Shown one piece after another: positions 59,210 through 64,000 of a DNA stretch of 64,000 bases (the first letter of the stretch is position 1; the number at the start of each line of letters is the position of its first letter). The notes under the pieces are model-generated. The model made no database searches, had not been told where the DNA came from, and saw nothing but the letters and a program-made list of their open reading frames with translations. Made by a program: the position numbers and the translations under genes. Origin of the DNA: Chrysomallon squamiferum (Eukaryota; Animalia; Mollusca); assembly GCA_012295275.1 (NCBI GenBank), contig CM022679.1:28768001-28832000 (forward strand), written 5' to 3'.

Positions 59210-62200
59210 TCATTTTTCTTCCTGTGTTTCATTCTCTTCAATGACTGGATCGTACGCTGACTTGGGTTTCATGTCAGCATTCAGCGATTCCTGCTGAGCA
59301 AGAGTTAGTTCAGCAATTGCTTTATAGAAATCAGAAAAGTCCACGTAAGGTTCAATCTTCCCATCTTCATCGAGCTCCAGCTTTGGTGCCTCGCTGTAAC
59401 TGTGATGGAACGGCCGAGACTCACCACTGCTTTCTGTCGAATTTGTACTTGTTCCTGTACCACTACTTGTCCTAGTGTTAGTGTTCTCTGGAGACAGGTA
59501 GTGTCCAGGGGGGTTGTTGGTGGGGGTAACGGGGGCATCGCTGGAACTGCTCACAGAACTGTTTGTGTTAGAGTGAGGACTCACAGGTCCTGTTGACATT
59601 AACAACGGAGGAGGCACTATCGGTCTGGGGTTATAAATAGGGATGGAAACAGGGGAGGGGTATCTAGCCCCACCTGTAGGGCTGCTTAGATTAGACAGAG
59701 GGTAAGTGAAGTTGCGCACGAGGAGGGTGATGTCGTCACGTTTCTGACACAGCTGTTTCTTGTGACCCTGCTGTGTCATGTAGGTGTCATGGTGAATCCT
59801 TACTACTTTGTCAACAACAGCCTGGGCAACTCCATTCAGAGTTGTCTGAATGCCAAACTCCTGCACAACCATGGCGACAATGTCAGCATTGACTTTGTCA
59901 GTACCAGTGGCATCTTGCAGAGCCTGGTACAAACCATCTGACATGATGATAAGAAAACAACATGATGAGTCGAGTTGAATTCCTCCTGTTATATTGGGTA
60001 CAGCGATCACTGGTTCACTCTTAGCAGCACTGAAATAGAAATCACTGACATCAGTATCCCAGCACTTTTACTGTGAAACGGGTTAATAATAAAATTAATA
60101 ACAAAAAAGTGAACATTTTATCAACAGACATAGCACATAATTACTTAGTAACCAAATCATTTTTATGTGTTTAAATGACATATAGTCATACTTCTTCCTC
60201 CTTAAGAGTAATTCAATCCTGGATAAGATTCTAAGAATATAATTTTAAAATTTTCAATATAGTTAAATATACTCTTTGCAGTTCGGCATTCATTCTGTCA
60301 TAAAATATTTATAAACAATTTTCGCTGCTTTGTGAAATGGCAGTTTAAATTTAGAATCATTACATACTGAAAGTTTTTTAATCTAATGAACATTAAATAA
60401 CCTTCTAAAAGAAAAAAAAAAAAAAAAAAAAAAACCTGTTAGATGACACAGTACAGAAGCTGATGAATAAATGTTTAAATGTTACCTTAAATTATCTATA
60501 TCTTTATATCCACCTTTGACGGAGTAGTCACCTATGCATCGTGTGTTCTCAGAGTTTCCTATTCTACGCAGCTGTTTCAGTTTCTCAACATCCAGGCCCA
60601 GGTTTGCCAGTCTCACCTGCTCGGTTTCATTGGCTAGAGTGTGATCAACAGAGAGCTGTAAAACTCTGAGCAAGTTGTTCTGATCACTGATGCACAGCAG
60701 CACCCGCGTGTCACCTGAAATTCAAACATTATTTACCACTGTAAACAAGCATTTAATAAGTCATTTAATTTAGATGCATTTTAAAACTAACCTAAGTGAT
60801 GAGCACTTAAGGCAAGAAATAAGACAGTCCAGTTTCAATATCCATTAGAGAATTCACTACAACTGACATTTGCCCCACTTCAGGACTCACTTTAGCCACA
60901 ACTCAGGACTCACACACGGCATACTTCTAACTCACATTATCCACACTTCAAAACTCACATTAGCTGTACTTCAAGACTCACATTAGCTGTACTTCAAAAC
61001 TCACATTAGCTGTACTTCAAAACTCACATTAGCTGTACTTCAAAACTCACATTAGCTGAACTTCAAGACTCACATTAGCTGTACTTCAAGACTCACATTA
61101 GCTGTACTTCAAAACTCACATTAGCCACACTGCAGAACTCACATTAGCTGTACTTCAAGACTCACATTAGCTGTACTTCAAGACTCACATTAGCTGTACT
61201 TCAAAACTCACATTAGCTGTACTTCAAGACTCACATTAGCTGTACTTCAAAACTCACATTAGCTGTACTTCAAGACTCACATTAGCCACACTGCAGAACT
61301 CACATTAGCTGTACTTCAAAACTCACATTAGCTGAACTTCAAGACTCACATTAGCTGAACTTCAAGACTCACATTAGCTGTACTTCAAGACTCACATTAG
61401 CTGTACTTCAAAACTCACATTAGCTGTACTTCAAGACTCACATTAGCTGTACCTCAAAACTCACATTAGCTGAACTTCAAGACTCACATTAGCTGAACTT
61501 CAAGACTCACATTAGCTGTACTTCAAGACTCACATTAGCTGTACTTCAAAACTCACATTAGCTGTACTTCAAAACTCACATTAGCTGTACCAAAAAACTC
61601 ACATTAGCTGAACTTCAAGACTCACATTAGCCACACTTCAGAACTCACCTACATTGGCGACAAACAGTCGGTTGTTGTAGATAAGAACAACTGTGGCAGT
61701 GGTTCCACCTGACATCAGTGCATCAATACGTTTCAGATTCTGAACAACGTCGGGATACTGCCTGGCAGCTTCATAAGGTTTTATGCCCTGACAAAAAATA
61801 TACATAAAGAAATTGATTATCTGGTATATTAATCCTCCTGTATATGCTTAAATCAGTGATTAATTATAGATAATACCAGTTATATCAAAAAAATATTAAT
61901 AATAATTAAAATAAATTTTATAAATCACTAATATTATTGATTATTATGGTATTGACAAAAACACATCTTGTAACCATGCTGAAATGTGCTAGACATTTTT
62001 ACAGATGCCAGTTACCATTCACTTGCATCTTAAACACTTTACATCTCTACACTTGAATCAGCCACAAAAACCACATATCGTTGGGTTCCGAGTAATATAT
62101 AAAAATTATGACATTACATATATAAAGTTCTGTATACCTCAGGTAAAGACAGCTGCAGGTCAGTTTTCTGGGCCAACAAATCATCAAGAGATTCAAAATA

Positions 62201-63945
62201 GCCTTTCTCAACAGCCAGAAATGCCTGGATGATAAAAAATATAAATAAAAATAAAATCTGCACACGCAAAGACACACACACACACACACAAACATTATTG
62301 GTTATGGGACAATAATGTAACAAGTGATAATTTTTCAATCTGTGTAAAAAAGGTTTCATAACTGCTGTTTGTTTAAAGTAATTAAATATATAGGACTGAG
62401 ATTGTATATTTCTTTTCTTGTAAAGAAACAGGTGAACTGTTTTTGATAAACATTTATGTGTTATTGAAATAATTAAGTTTTACTGATATATTATTTGTAA
62501 GAAGAAAGAAATCTAGAAATTCTTTAAAGTTTAGCTTCAAAATTTTTTTATCTGAAAAGGCTGGGAACTGGAAGTATTTCAGATTTCAGAGTATACAGAG
62601 ACAGGCAGAGAACAGGATCTAAGTCTACTTATGAATTCCATTTATATTTTATATACAGCGTAATAAATAGTTTGCACATAATTTTGTGCATAAAATAAAA
62701 TGCCACTATTTCTGCTGTTCACAGGTTTCAAATTTTGGAGTTTGTTTGGATTTCTGAATTTCGGATAAGGGATCTTCCACCTTTAATAAAAAAAATGTTC
62801 TTAAAAAAAGAGATTTAAAAAATAAACAACAGCTATTACCTGATGAAGAACATCTTTTATTTCTTCATCACTTTTCTTTTCATGAAGCTGTCCAAAGAGA
62901 AGTTCAGCTGGCATTCTTTGTGCTGCAAAATTAGCCACTTTATTTCCCTTGTGACCATCAAACACTCCATAGAGAAAACAGCCATCAAAAGGTCTAAAAA
63001 GAAATATTGACTAATTATTATTATTATTTTATTTTATCAAATAGCCTAATATAAAATTAATAGTGTTTTGCTTTGAAAGATTTAAAAAACAAAAATAAAA
63101 GGACTGTAAGAATATGAAAATATGAAAATGTTTTTTAAGAGAATAATAATATGTAATCAGTAATGTAAATTAAATTTCTCTAAAATGAACAAATGAAAAC
63201 ATTTACTTATCTTTAACATAACTGATACAATATTTTAATAAACTGTTAATTATCTTTAGAAGTGTATTAAGCTGTCTGTGTTAAAAGCACATTAATTCAT
63301 TATGTTTATTGTTTATTTTATATTCTAAGAATATATTAAGCATTGGTCAAGAAAATCAGAAACTCCAGAAATCCAGGTCATATCCAGATCCAAGATAAAG
63401 TGGATAAAGTGTCTGATACCTGTTCCACTTAGTAAACATCAGCATAGATGAATGAATAAATCCAACATACTTTAAAGTTAAATCTTAACAGCTAATTGTA
63501 ATTTGAGTTTCATCACACTGAATTAAAGCACACATATACACACAGTAAAAAAAAAAAAAATTAGCAGAAAAGTTTTAAAGATGCAAGTTACTAAAATGGT
63601 AAGGAATAATTAGCAATAAAGCAGCTCTATACTCCATTATTAAAAAAAACACAAAACAAAAAACATTTAAATTATGACAAAATACACATTTTTTCTAGTC
63701 CTGTTAAATAAAAACAAAAGAACAAAACAAATGTCAGTTTACTGATATATTATAAAAGTTTACATTCTTCAGTTACCTGAAATGAAAACTTTTGTCTTCA
63801 AATTCATGTTCCTCCAGTCGGTTGCCATCTTCTCTATAAATCTGATTGGTTGAGAAGCCAAGTCCTGACAAATAACACACAGGAAGATCGTCAGTCCAAC
63901 TCAAAGCATGTCCCTGCAATTATTTCTTTTTATGTAACTTGCCAT
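59210..63945 (-). CDS. TAB1: TAK1-binding protein 1 (PP2C-like pseudophosphatase, ~532 aa); one base missing in the first coding exon
   Basis: Exons 63945-63777 (SWTDDLPVC), 62993-62840 (CFLYGVFDGH), 62224-62138, 61787-61649 (GGTTA...LFVANVG), 60714-60486 (QLSVDH...TRCIGDYSVKGGY), 60029-59210 (MSDGLY...DDITLLVRNF...DGKIEPYVDFSDFY, the TAK1-binding motif). Confidence 0.94.
60862..61648. repeat. 23-bp minisatellite (~33 copies) in TAB1 intron 4, abutting the splice donor
   Basis: Unit ACTCACATTAGCTGTACTTCAA(A/G); period 23 (60954 to 60977). Confidence 0.95.
62548..62785. mobile_element. Decayed non-autonomous pogo/Tigger-like DNA transposon (MITE) in TAB1 intron 2
   Basis: Left end TTATCTGAAAAGGCTGGGAACTGGAAGTATTTCAGATTTC and right end TTTGGATTTCTGAATTTCGGATAAGGGATCTTCCACCT form imperfect inverted termini (TTATCTGAAA/TTTCGGATAA) and resemble Tigger4/MER46 ends as recalled. 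A probable second end fragment lies at ~63350-63423. Confidence 0.55.
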
Positions 63946-64000
63946 TTAGCTACAAATTCTGACAGAAGCAATTTCTATAATCACCTCACTGCATGGATGT

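Noticed and set aside
32094-63945. Functional 'immune locus' linking the lectin array with TAB1 and DCUN1D3
   Set aside because: Adjacency alone is not evidence in an animal genome; a cilia-type gene intervenes and no shared regulation is visible.

Overview
AT-rich, microsatellite-dense animal genomic DNA with GT-AG introns; gene content and repeats look lophotrochozoan/mollusc-like, but the species cannot be fixed from the sequence. The left half (1-34.5 kb) is a tandem cluster of eight paralogues (A-H) of a 4-exon gene encoding a ~250-aa secreted protein: signal peptide + one F-type lectin (fucolectin) domain + one 6-Cys PAN/apple domain. Six copies lie on + and two on -, and the strand switch coincides with an inverted minisatellite. 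D, E, F and H read intact, A is cut by the window edge, B and G each have one small frameshift, and C is a decayed pseudogene whose PAN exon is intact. Sugar-binding residues differ between copies and the copies are mosaics of each other. The right half has three minus-strand genes: a 15-exon, ~925-aa protein of 8 alternating EF-hand-pair modules (CFAP115/EFCAB6-like) with an RFX X-box promoter, DCUN1D3 and TAB1. Single-base frameshifts in DCUN1D3 and TAB1 suggest residual assembly indels. Exon coordinates and counts were derived by hand; no searches were run.
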